In this document: positions 22,868-36,300 of the stretch, piece after piece
Layout of the letters: each line of letters starts with the position of its first letter
How positions within the stretch are numbered: position 1 is the first letter of the stretch
Origin: Bugula neritina
Lineage: Eukaryota; Animalia; Bryozoa
DNA: 64,000 nucleotides
Direction of reading: 5' to 3'
NCBI GenBank assembly: GCA_964035545.1
Contig: OZ037773.1
Location: 7,221,751 to 7,285,750, forward strand
Translations under genes and position numbers: made by a program
The notes under the pieces: generated by a model
Told to the model about the DNA's origin: nothing
Database searches by the model: none
Seen by the model: the letters and a program-made list of their open reading frames with translations, nothing else

Positions 22868-25800
22868 CCTCCTAATAAATATACCGTCATCAAAAACTGC
22901 AGCAGAGCAATACCTACTGCTTACCAAGACGGAACAGATTTAGAGAAAGGCGGAACATTCTAGAATAACTACCGTATAGACTCACGTCACTCAACTAATT
23001 TTATAGCCCTTTGAAAAATAATGTTGAGTGATTTCTAGCAGAGAGTTTACATCTCAAGTTGTAGACTAAGTTTGCGGCATTTCATAATGAGAAGGATCAC
23101 CACCCCTCCCAACTGTAAACAACTCTGTTGAAAATCACAGGTTGGGTTTATTGCAAGACATTCTCAATTAATGTGGAAACAGAATACAGCTTCATGAACT
23201 TGAGCTGTGGATTCACTCAACCAACTCAACTTGCTGACACAAATCTACGGACACAAATGCACCATAAGTGTCAGCTCCTATAAGAAAATTTTGATCTCCA
23301 ATTGGATGTCCATCAAAACCAGAATTTAGAGCCTCACCTAAACAGCTTGGATTCACACCAAGTGAAATGCTTTGGGTAGCAATATTTGGAAATTCTCTAC
23401 CCTATTTCATTAAATTCAAATTTCTATATTTCTAGGTGCTATAGGCAGGTAGTTACGTACAATCAAACTTTCATTTATTAGGGTAATGTATACTATATAC
23501 ATCACTTTTATTAGCAGGAAATTCATCAAAAATTATTGTTTAGTGATGGTTTTAGTTCATTTCAGCCTATCATTAAACTGATATTACAAGGCAAAAAACA
23601 AGAGCAAAACAATTTCATCTACACACACTACAGACTAAAGTTTATAAGAAGTGCAATATAATGTCTAATATACAAGTTCAAAAGGTAGGCCTGCCTACAA
23701 AGCCAGTTTATGGCATTTACAATGCATATTTTAATATTTTAGAGGCACTATAATATTATTTGATCAGAATGTTTCATGTTCAATATTTACTATGTCTATG
23801 TCTATGTCTCTGGGTACTTTATTACATTATTACATTTACTAGGTTGTATTACTATAATTATAGTACACAGGCTAGACTACAGTCAAAACCTGAATTATAT
23901 CTTAGTGCTGTTGGCCACAGCTTCGTAAAGGTGTCTACTGTAACACAGTTAAGTTTATCTGAGGTTGGTGCAACTGATATGGTGGTTAACAGATTATGAC
24001 TGAAACAGGCAAACAACCAATACTTGGTCACAAATACAAACAGTAATTTATCATCATCATGTCAACAGAATCTGGTAAACGCAGACTGAGGAGACCAAAG
24101 AAACAGATCGGAGGTCAAATAAAAACTGTTGCCAAGTATAATAAACCACAAGGAGAGAAGGTTGAAATGGTAAAAATGATATCCAGAGCAGAATGTGGTT
24201 TTTAATAATTTATTGTCAGTGTAATTACATTAATTATTGCCCAATACAAGAGCAGTTTTCGCAGGTGCATGAGAGATTCAGTAAACCTGCTATGGTTATG
24301 CCTGTATGCTAATAGCAAATAGTGTTGCCAAAACTCAAATATATTAAATCTGTTTCTAGCTCTGGGCTCACCAAGTACAAACTCTCAATTCAACAAGAAC
24401 TAGCATCTCTAAAAGTAAGAGGTTTAATTAAAACAATTTTACAATAAAAAGAAATAGAATGATGGAAGAAAAAATTACTGAGCAACTATTCGAAGAGCAA
24501 AAGGCAAACTTATTGTAAACAAGTGACGGCATCAGTTCCAAATTTATATTTACATGCTTTTACTAGTCTAATGTGGCAGCTGACAAAAGACGGATGACCT
24601 AGTTTTTAATACCATGAAGCATAAAAATGGAAAGAAAAACATTGTAATAAAATGGGTCGCTTCTTAAGACTCCAAGATAAAATAGTGAATACAGCCACTC
24701 AACGGCCAAACTTGAAGGTTGGTCCCTAAAAGCTGTTTATGATCTTCGTAACAAAACATCTACTTTAGTCTAGCCCAGGCTTTCCCATCTACCCTACTCA
24801 AAAAGTAACTAATGCAGCTGCAGCAGTTGTTGGCGAATCAATGTTAATAATTACCCATAATGCATTATAAATATTACATAATTGCAGGTTGTGGGAGTAA
24901 TAAACCTTTTCTAAAAAAGATACACTGGGCAGTTGAGCAGCAATTAAGCATTAACAAACTATACTGATACTCATTACGTTACAGTAGCTAACAACTGTGT
25001 GAGACTGGGAAATAGCAAGAATGTATATGATAACCTCTGCTACATTAAATATACAGTAACAGTTTTAACAGATATTTACATATAGTTGCAAGGATAAGCA
25101 TATTTTATATGCAGATAATTTTAATGATAGTCAAGTTTGTACTGTTAGTAGAGTTAGGCTAAGCAGAGGTTTGTCACTAGTATGAAGGGTTGTACAGAAA
25201 ACAATAGCTAACTCTAACCATCAATATGAATATACCATAAAGAAGTGTTATGCAAACACCAGCAGTTTGAGTTTGAATTATGGTAGGCCACATAACTTGA
25301 CTAATTTAAGAGTAAATCGAGATATTTTTAAAACCTGCAGGCCACAGATGGAGGCGGATGAAATAAATCTATGAAAGCAAATCAAAACAACAGTTATAAT
25401 GAGACACCAACTCCAAGTGTGAATTAAATTCAGCAAAAAGCTATAAGTATATAGTGATAGTAATAAATGTTACAGTATGAACGTATCATAAGGATAATCA
25501 TAAATCATTACTTAACACTAAGAGTTACTTAATTTATAAAAGAAAACTTTTTGACCATTATATTTAAGCCTAATACTTCCTTATGTCATAATAATAAAAA
25601 AAAGCTGAGAAAAACCTCTAAGGAAAGCAGGTCTGTCTAGCCGTATTTGTATTTAATAACTCTACTATATATTAAAATCATATTACGGTATGTCAGGCAT
25701 GAATAAGCAGCAGGGAGATGTTACCTGGTGAAGACAGGATTAACACTACCTACAGAGATGGTAGGTAAACTGATTAGAGGTTTAGCTCTCATGTCTCCTG

Positions 25801-26236
25801 TATCTAGTGGCTGACAGCACCTACTCACTGACAGCAGTTGACTAAATGGAGAACACAGCTCATGCCCCAACCTTATGTCTGACTCACACACAGGATGTTA
25901 GCTGTTTAATGTATGCATGTATGACTGTGGCCAATGAGTGTAGAGGAAACAGCTGGGAGAATGCTATCTCCATCACTTACAACAATTGACAGTAGCTAAT
26001 CAAAACACCAACACATGGCATTGTGTTAGATGCTGGGACTGCCAGATAGTGTTTATAACTTTCAAGTGTCAAAATTTATGTAATCAGTTTGAATAGCTCA
26101 TACATATTAATAGCACTGCTTTAATAACTGCTGGTGTGCTTTGCATTACAAAATGTGAAGTTTGTAAAATCCCACAAATAGTTCAATGCTTCAAAATAAG
26201 GGATAATAAGCCTACATTCTGGTAGCTCTATCACAG

Positions 26237-26386
26237 AGTTGTTCTAGAAGCAGATCCGAGTTGGGGGTGAATGAGTGCAGCAGTTTGGGGTTCTCCAGTT
26301 TGGAGTTAGGGGACATAACTCCAAACTTGAGAACCCCAAACTACTGCACTCTGTCCTCCCAACGAGGAGCTGCTTCTAGAACAATT
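26237..26386. mobile_element. 150-bp foldback (palindromic) MITE with a 9-bp flanking direct repeat
   Basis: Arms of about 70 bp (agttgttctagaagcag...gtttggagtta and taactccaaac...ctgcttctagaacaatt) with a short loop; CTATCACAG at 26228-26236 and 26387-26395. Confidence 0.8.
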
Positions 26387-28739
26387 CTATCACAGGTTGT
26401 ATTCAACGCTAGTCACAAGCAGCATGTGTAAAGTCAGTAGAAGTCAGTATTTTTACAAAGTTCTCTTTTCCAATCTAATAACTCATAACTGAGGCCCAAC
26501 ATTTGAAACGCAAATCCATTATTAGAAGTTGAACCTAATAAAACTATTTGTAAATAACTTTGTCTCAATTCAAAAGATTTCTGTAGCACACTATTTTAAG
26601 TATAAACATAATGCTTTAGAAATTAACTGAAAAACATTGTTTAAGTTATATAAAGTCTCAATCAAAATACTCAGCAATTGTATTTTTTCAAAGCTCTCCA
26701 GTTATGCTAAGCTATTATTGTTTAATCTGCTTTGAAACATTTTCTGCAGTGATGGGGCACGACTGACACGTTTGAACTTAAGCTTTAACCGAATGTGTTC
26801 CATATACAACACAGAAAAAGTGGGTTATAACATCTGTTTGTTTGAATTCAACAACTAGAAGCGGCACTATTGTCCTTTATCACAAGTCTACAGTATGTAA
26901 TTTAGCTGACAAAGTGTTGACTATTTTAAAGTTTTTGATCATACAACATGACTTTCTACAAAAAACTAGAGCTGTTCAGACCAACACTTATGCTTTATCA
27001 AAATTAGAATATTCCAGTAGAATCAGACGCAGTTGAAAACTCAATAACTCTCCAACAAATACAGTATGGAGGAATAAACTCTGAGCCTATTATCACCAGT
27101 ACAGCAGTTGGGGCCCTTCAACTAGCTAGAGGATGTTGTGTCAAAGTTTCAAAAGCACCCACTTTCATAACATCCATGGTGCAATGGAAAAGAAATGTTA
27201 TTAGAGTATAATTTTACATCTATCATACTAGCTAAAATTGAGCTATCTATGGTTGTGATTGAATCTACACTAAACTGTAAACAACAAGATAATATTTAAC
27301 AAGCTCAGGTTCAGTGCTAAACTTGTTAAACTGCTTGAGTTATGTGTAATTATGACAACTCATTAAAGTGCCTATTTGTGTTTTCAAAAGTGGACCTTAC
27401 AATAAATTAAGAGCTGTAACTTCAGTATCAAAAATAAAGCAACAACAACACAACTAATAAAACTGCACATAGTTGCTTATTACCTGAATTAAAAGAATGC
27501 CAACAAAAATGAAAATATTCAATAAAAATTACGGTATTACAGTATAAATTTTACAGCATCTGCTACTATGTTTATTATAAATAGAAATGAATAAAATGTC
27601 TAGCTTAGTGATTATAATCTATAACCTTATAGGATGTATGTCAATATAAATATAATATTACAATTATGATTTTATTTAGTTTCAGTTTCAAAATTGCAAA
27701 TAATGTAAATCACTATTAAGCATATCAATATAATTGTAAATTCTTGTTTACGACTCTAAACTAATTGCTATAAGCATGACCTTATTTTTGAATTAGAACC
27801 CTTTTAAATTGTAACTGTTACCCTAAACTTCAAGAAGTGGTTTATAATTAAGCACCTTCACTAAGACTATTAGGCTTGCAATTCATAGAGTAGCTTGAAA
27901 ATTCTGACTTTAAACATCAAACATTTTAGTTTTGTATTTAAGCATTAATATATCAATACCAATATGAATATGATTCAGTAAACACGTTAGTTGTATTTGG
28001 TCACTGCAAAGGTCTGGTTCATGTTCTCTGTTCCGCAATAAATTTAATGAAAAATCAAGCACTGAAACGATTACTGCTACTAGTACTACACTATATATAG
28101 AGTCAAACCGAGATAAAATAATTAAATTCTAACAACAAATAATAAATGATAAGCTAAATGTTATCACAACCAAGCTAATGACATAGAGCTTAACATCAAA
28201 CTTCATCAAAATAACTATATGAATATAAATATAACAATTATTAACTTTTACTTTTAGACTTTAGTGCAAGGGATTTAATCTGTCATTGTGATTATCTGTT
28301 ATCACTATGATTATGATTTATGATAACAATTATTATATTAATATTCATAATATACATGAATATAAATTATTAAATACTTTAACTGTAAATATAAGCATAA
28401 TATTAATAGAATACATAATAATAATGCTTAGCATAATCATAATGTTATTAAATAAATAATTTATGATTTAAATAAATTATTATCATGATCAATACCATGA
28501 TTATCATAAACATAATTAATATAAATAATTATAATGATGAATAATAATCATAATAATTACTATTAATAATAAAAATATTAAATTTATTCATTATTATTAT
28601 TATTTATTAATATTCTAATTGATATTCATATTCATATTGGCTATTGTATTGCATTTTACAAGTAACAATATGAATATTATTATCTTGATCTTCATTTCAA
28701 TTTCATATTACTATTACTATTAGATTATCATTTAAAATA

Positions 28740-29150
28740 GTGCAGAAAGTAAAACTATACTATATCGCCATTTAAACTATGCTCAATGTTCCAAGCTAAA
28801 CAACTTAGTACTGCAGCCACTATTAGAATTGGTAGCTTATTTCTACCCAAGTAGCTGTAGTGTAAGCATCTAGTTCTACGGCTCCTGGTTTCTACAGCAA
28901 ATCAAGTCAAACAGGAAACTTTTTAATAGTAAAGTAGTAGTGTACAGTTTTATTATGCGCCATATTTTAGCAGCAAACCTAGAGTTAGTAGATTTAAAAT
29001 TTCTTTGTAAAAAAAAATAAAAATAAAAATAATTATAATTACAAAATAAACGTTTTCACTATAAAATAAATTGTAGAAGTTTAAATAATTCTTTTGTCAA
29101 TGCAATGCTGAAATTTTTCATGCAGTTACTACTTCCTACTGGCTAAACGT
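28740..29150. promoter_or_regulatory. Probable bidirectional promoter shared by the bHLH-PAS gene (-) and PNO1 (+)
   Basis: YY1-like CGCCATTT (about 28766) and GCGCCATATT (about 28957). Flanked on both sides by hexamer-lattice domains, and both genes have acceptors just upstream of their ATG exons. Inferred. Confidence 0.45.
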
Positions 29151-30319
29151 GATGATATTGTTAATACATTGAGTTATTAGTCATAAATTAAATTGAACCT
29201 AATGGGTTGACCATCATTTAATTGATATTACTCATTAAAACTGGTATAAAACATACTAGAATAAGGAATAGAGTATTATTGTTAGCTGTGATGTTAAATT
29301 TGTTATTTATTTAGCAATATTTTTCACTTGTACTGTTGTACTTGTAGTGCTAGTACACTACGTCTACTATGAGTACTACTACTAGTACTAGTAGTAGTTG
29401 TACCAGTACTACTACTAGTACTTCAACTTGTGGCTTGTAGTGACAACTCACAGTCACTGACATTCTGACACTCACACTGACTTGGAGACTTAGTTAAAGT
29501 TAATGTCATCGTCCCGGTCTTGTAGTTCAAGTAGAATTTGCTCCAAGTCTAAAGTTTAAAATTTGAAGTCAAACTTATTACTTAACAGCATTAACTTATG
29601 CCTGGGTTATAATTCAAAGTTGGAGACCCTTTTAGTTTTAATTTTATTTTTATAATAAATTTATAATCAAGTAAGTCAAGTAAGACTAATATGTGTCATA
29701 ATGATAATAATAATGATCTGTCTTATTCATACTCATAGTAATAGTCATAGTGGGACTGGGTGACTGTTGCAAGATCAACTGGCATTTATAATTTAACTTT
29801 GATTTTAAGTGAAAAATTTTAATTTAAATACTAATCGTTATGCTTATTCACTTATTGTTAAGTTATACTTTTACTTATAATTATCAACTTATAGTTATAG
29901 TAATACCAATAATAGTAATAGTAATACAGTTAATGTTATATAATAATTTTATAAATATAGTGAATGAAATAAAAATGTAAAAAAAAGCTGTTAAATTGAA
30001 TAGTTACTGGGCACTTTTGCCAGTATAATTTTTTTATTCGAATACACACATTTATGTGCTAGGACAATGAGTAAGTGTCAAGCTTTCTAGTTTTATAAAA
30101 AGTGCTAGAAAGCATATTAATGTTAATAATTGTGGCTATAATATTATTTTATTCACATAAATTTTACTGGTTTCATAAACTCTTTTTTTTATGTTTCAGA
30201 CGTTCCAGGACATCTTTAATAAAAATTTTATAAACAGTCAAACAGAATACCACACTAGTGCATTGAACTAAACAGCTCTAATAGGCGTACAAACTTTTTG
30301 AGAAAAAAAACATTTCAGT

Positions 30320-33300
30320 ATGGATATTGACTCATCAGACCCCGTGACAGATGTCCAAGAGAAGCCACGAAAAGAGCGAAACACAGATCATAAAGTATTG
30401 CGAATCCATACAGAGGATGCTCAGAATGATGAGACGGCAGAGGGTGAGTTTGTTGAAAGAAAGACTAGACCAAAGCGTCTCAAGAGAAAAGCAGCAGGCG
30501 AGACTTCTGAAGCTATGGACACAGAGGCAACTGTACCAAAGAAACCTCATTATGCAAAACTTACTGTTTCTCAGCAAATGGTAGGTGTTTTCCTGTTCAT
30601 TACCTTGTTAAACATGCTCAGTGTACATAGTCCTTTGCTGGTATTTCACTGTCACTCTCTGTTAAACATCGTAAGCATCCAGGTTATTTTGATAAAATCA
30701 ATTACTGTTAATTAAAAGATCATACTTTTTTAATAGCATTCACAAAATATATACAAAAAATCTCAACTCAATATACTAGAAAAAATGAATTAAAATATAT
30801 ATGTTAATAGCACTGATATTGACGTGACCGTGGCACATGAAAAATCTGAAAAAAGAGTTGTCTTCTTTTTTTCTATATTAATATATAGAGCTTGTCGTGA
30901 AAATAAAGATTTTTTTTAAAAAAATATTGTGACCCTCTGGTAACTTCCTGAATTTAGAAAATTAGCTCATATATTTCTTTTCATGTGGACAACAGCTCAC
31001 TTTTTTTTAAATTTATTTTGAAGCTCTTTTCGTAAAAAATAATCAAAAGTAAAAAATCCAAAATTTTTACAAATTGGTTCGGGGCTTGACGTGAAAGGCA
31101 TTTGGACGAAGATGTCAAGGTCACCATTAATAAATTTATTTCATCACAATTCACAATACTGCACGGAAAGTTAATGAAGTGAGCTGAAAATTAGGTTGCT
31201 AGCATATTGATATACATTATATTGATTGTTGCAGTATTATTTTTTAAATTTGTTTTGTTATCAGTTATGTTTAACTTCTTCATAGAGCTGCTGTTAGACT
31301 AAGAGTAAGACATAATATTAGCAACAATGATAATAAATTATAATGATATTTATATTAAATTAAAATTATTATTAAATTCACGGTGAAGTATCACTATCAC
31401 TATGAGTATGAGTATCGTATAAATTAATTATGAGTATGAGTATCACTATGACATTTACTCAATCAATGATTGACTATTACTATGAATATGGCTTCTAATT
31501 CTTGTAACTTTTGACTATGACGATGCTGATAAGTGATACTGATAGTGATAATCACTGCCAGCCCAAGTCTCATACTCATAGTGATACTATTACTAGTATT
31601 AGTATTAATAATTAGTATTACTATTAGTACAACTACTAGTATTACTCATAGTTCTGATAATGATGCAGATGATAGTTTTAAAAGTTCTACTTCTACTTTT
31701 ATAGTAAGCTAGATTGTATATGTTGAGCTCTACTCATTTTTTACTACTAATTTGCTAATACTAATAGTAATACTAATAATAGTTATAGTTGTTATAATGA
31801 TAGTAATACTAATAGTAATAATAACTATTTCAATTTGATAATTTATGTTTTATAACAGCATTATCGCTTATCATTTACATTGGTTCATAATATGCTTATT
31901 TTAATTTTGCTTTGTGTGTTTTGTCATGTTGTAAATTTAAGTTCGTATGGTTATTTAATGAACTAGAGAACTAGCCAAATGTTATGTAACGGTTGCAGTA
32001 ATTTACTATAAACTCAGTGAAATTTAAAACCTAATTGAATTACTATGACATTGATTGTACAGAGGTAGCTAAAATATACATTAAATTACCAATAATTTTA
32101 ATTTGCCAATACACTATGAGTAGAACAATCAAATGCAATGATAGAAAATTAATTAGTCATAGCAGCCCGTTGCTTGAGGAACATTGAGCTACAGGTCTAA
32201 AATGATGTAGTTTTGTGATCCCTTATATAACAAAATAATTTTTTCAAACTGGTTTAATACTTTTATTATAAACACGCTTATCAAAGTAACATGTTTTTGA
32301 TGTATATTCTATTAAAAAAGCAATCACATCAGGTTTTCAATTTGTATGTTGTACAAAGTTTATTATGGTGACAAGTTACTAAATTATATGGTTCAGCTTT
32401 GTAAAGTAAAGCTGATAAAATAAAAACAATTATGTGATTGTTTTACTGCTATATATTAAATTTAAATGAGTTGAATAATATCCTAGTGCAGTGAATTAGA
32501 TATTTTTTTAGCTTTGGTACACCTGTTTGTTATAGGCTAACATTCCACCAATAGAAGAATGGTGCAAGTAGAAGAAATTTCAGGCGCAGAAAGCTAAGGA
32601 GCAGTCAGAATGCTGCCAGAGTTGTGAAGAGGCACTTGAAAAAGCTGAATTTCAATAATGACATGAAATTCGTAACAGATCACCCTGGTGTATTTGAACT
32701 GACATGGCCAGCAGAGTTCTCGAAGTCACATACAACAGCTATTTACATCATCATGGTTAGCTTAAATTTAATTCCTATATCAGTCTCTAATATATAGTTT
32801 GATATCTGCTGTAAATTCGCTTAAGGAGCATACACATAACCAAAACTGAGTTACACTATAGTATTTGTTCTTGAATATATTTACCAAGATAAGTAGATTT
32901 GCTAATTCATTAACAGTAAAATTATAATGATACAACAATTTTTCTTTTAGATGATTCAATCAATAACACAAGACACTACAACATGGTTTTGCAGTTATAG
33001 AGTATTAATTTTCTGGCTCTTTCCAAATCTTCATAGAAGGCAAAGAAAACCACTGTCAGCTTGCCTTTATAACTGAGTGCACGCGTCTTCCACCTACAGA
33101 TGATTATAAACAATTTGCTGGTGTGGAACGTTCTAATTTTGTTTACAATGAAGATAGATTATAGGACATTATTCTTTATGTAAAGATTGTCAAGTTTTGT
33201 TATAATTAAGAACAGTTTTAGTTTCAATAAATCGGTTCAACATTATGGACATCATTGCACAAGCATTTTAATCTTTACTATCTACAAAGGTATCTGATGG

Positions 33301-36300
33301 ACTACTTGAAAATACAAAACTATGCTCCAGATACACAATGAACTGACCAGCAAAGTTAAAATGAGTTGGAGATGTAGAACATAATATCTTGTTCAAGGCT
33401 TTTCCCTGCTGTTGGAACCTTCTACTTCAGAACACTGAATTGAACAAACATATGTAGATGTATGAAACTTTGCAAACAATAATAATGTGAAATTAGTTGC
33501 TAAGTATTACATTGCTAATAAATACAGCATTGTGTAATGTTTTATTTAATTTTTTTTGAGCCATTTGATCTATAGGCCTGCATAGTATTTACTATATTAT
33601 AACTAATAAATTGTAGACACATTATGTCAGACCAGTTTCCATTTAAATAGAATCGTGTAGGCTATCAAATTTGTAGAAGTAAAAAACCGAATTCTTATTG
33701 AGTAAAATACTTGCCTTTTTTTTCATGATGCCTCTACTGCTAAAAAGAGAAGTTTTTATCAATACAGCTCCATCAATCTGTATCCTGGTGAAGCTAGTAG
33801 TTTAGGAACATTTGTGGCGGGGAGTGTAGGCTGAGCTGCAGTATAGGAAGAACCCCAACATATGTAATCTATTCAGCACATTATATGTATATTTATTCAA
33901 AAAAGAATTTAGAAAATGCTTTATGAAGCATGAACAAAGTAAAAATTACTGCTAGTGAAAGTAATATTATTACACCCATTAGAATTACTAGCAGCTATAG
34001 CATTAAAATTATGTATTTTCATAAAAATGTGTCTAATTTATGCTACAAAGTTATTACTGCCAAAGGTTACAAAATTTACCAGTCACATTCATGCAGCTGG
34101 CGGAGAATAACTAACTTTCACATGCAATAAATACAATTAGTAGCTCAATCTAAAACTAATGCGCTATTAAATGTTAGGAGTATAAGTTATAGTTATTCTA
34201 AGGAATAATTGCAAAAAAGTTACTTAGAGGAATTTAACTCTTATTATAATGTAATTATCTTCCAAGATATATTACAACATCACTACTTGGATGCATACAA
34301 TGTCATATTTATATTGGCATCAACATAATTTTTAATAATTTCCAATCTATTAACTTGAGCATTATGATTGTGATTATTTTATAACAATCTGAATTTCAAT
34401 CAGCATTAGAGATAGGCTGACTGCTTTATAATATTATAGTTATGTCAAATTGAATTTATTCACTATAACTATAAAATTTATGATTATAATTATAAATTAA
34501 AATAATTTAAATATTATATAATATATTGATAATTATTGGAATCATAATTATATTTATTGTTATGATCATTATGATTATAATTATTTAATATTATCTTTGT
34601 TTGTATTTAAAGTTGTTCCTTAAATTTAAAGTTGTTTAAGTTTTATAAATTTATTATAATTATATTGCTGTATAAGTATTGCTATTAGTATTAGTATAAT
34701 TAAATTATTATAATTTATATTTTATTATTTATATTATTATTTATTTTACTTTTTATTTTAAGACCAGCAGTTCAAATTAATACTTGTGTCGTTTGTTTTA
34801 TATTATAACTTACAAGTATAACTATTACCATAATAATTTTACATTTGTTATTAGTATTACTATGAATATAAATATTTATATTAATATAAATATAGCTATT
34901 GGTATAACTTATACTTATAGTTATAACTAATATTATAAGTATTAGTTTCGAAACTGATTCTGCTCCGTAACATTAACATACTGATACTGTCATATGATTA
35001 TCATTATGACTGATAATAGTATTAATAAATATAACCATTAAATATTATTAATAATAGTTCACCAATAGGCGACAGTCATAGACTTAGAGTTAGAGTGAGA
35101 GTCATAGACATAGTGATAGACTAGTGATACTCATAGTCATACTGATACTGTGATTCAGTTTCACTGATTCAGTTACAAATTTTAAAACTTGGTTTTACGT
35201 AGACAACTACTAACCTATAATTCATCACAAAACGGTTGAAAATCATCATTTACTGCATATTTAAGAGTAATTTTCTGGTAGTGTGGTCGACATGATAATT
35301 GAAATTAAAATAGGGAAAATAATTATTTTGTGATTTACAGCAAGTTACAAACTAGCGAAATGGAATAGTCCATTTGAAAACAGTCAAATTAGTTACCTTT
35401 CTTGATGTTGCGTAGCTAACGTTAGTTATTAGTAGCCGCCCGAAGAGTAACATTCATGTGATTTGAACTACGAATAACGAGAATCTGTGACAAACCCGCT
35501 TCTTAATAACTTTACGCGATATAAACTCACGCTACAATAGGGCTATTTTGCCATCCCCACGTCAGAATAGGACACGGAGGGCACGCTCGCGGGCAAGTCT
35601 GGGCAAGTCCAAGACACCTAATATGACCACTTTTACTTACATTTTTGTAGTGTTTTCGTATAAGAAATTGGATAAAATGCTGATAAAACAGTTGAAAAGC
35701 ATGCAAACCTTTGCTCAAATGTAATAAATAACCTGGAAGCTTACCGCCTTTAAGTTATAAACTGTAAACTTCTTGCTATAATGGTTTGATAAATATTGGC
35801 ATAGTATTATGATTGTAAAAGTGGCTTGTTTAATTGTTGTGCCTCATTTTTCCATTTTTTAACTGTTCTGTGGTTTTAATAACTAACTATTCCCTTTCAA
35901 GTATTTACAGTTTTTTTATGACTGAGTATTACCAACATAATATGTTCATAACGTATCCAGAAAGGCAAGGCAGAGTACAGGAAAGTGAGAATACCACCAA
36001 ATAGGTTGAAGGCTCTTAAAGAAAACTGGCTAGAAATCTATAATCCAATTGTTCAGCAACTGTTCCTTCAAGTTCGCTTTAACATCAAGATGAGGAGAGT
36101 TGAGATCAAGGTTAGAACAACGCTTGTTATTCCATTAGCCTTTATAGTGTTGATGTAGTCCTTTGCTCTTCAGCATCTTCTTTGAATTTCATTATATTTT
36201 GTCAATTTAGACTAGTAAAGAGACTAAGGAAGTCTCTGCACTGCAGAAGGCAGAAGATTTTGTGAAAGCTTTTTCTGTCGGATTCGAAGTAGCGGTGAGT

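Noticed and set aside
22981-22990. ACGTG (HRE-like) site suggesting autoregulation
   Set aside because: A single 5-mer is expected by chance and shows no clustering.
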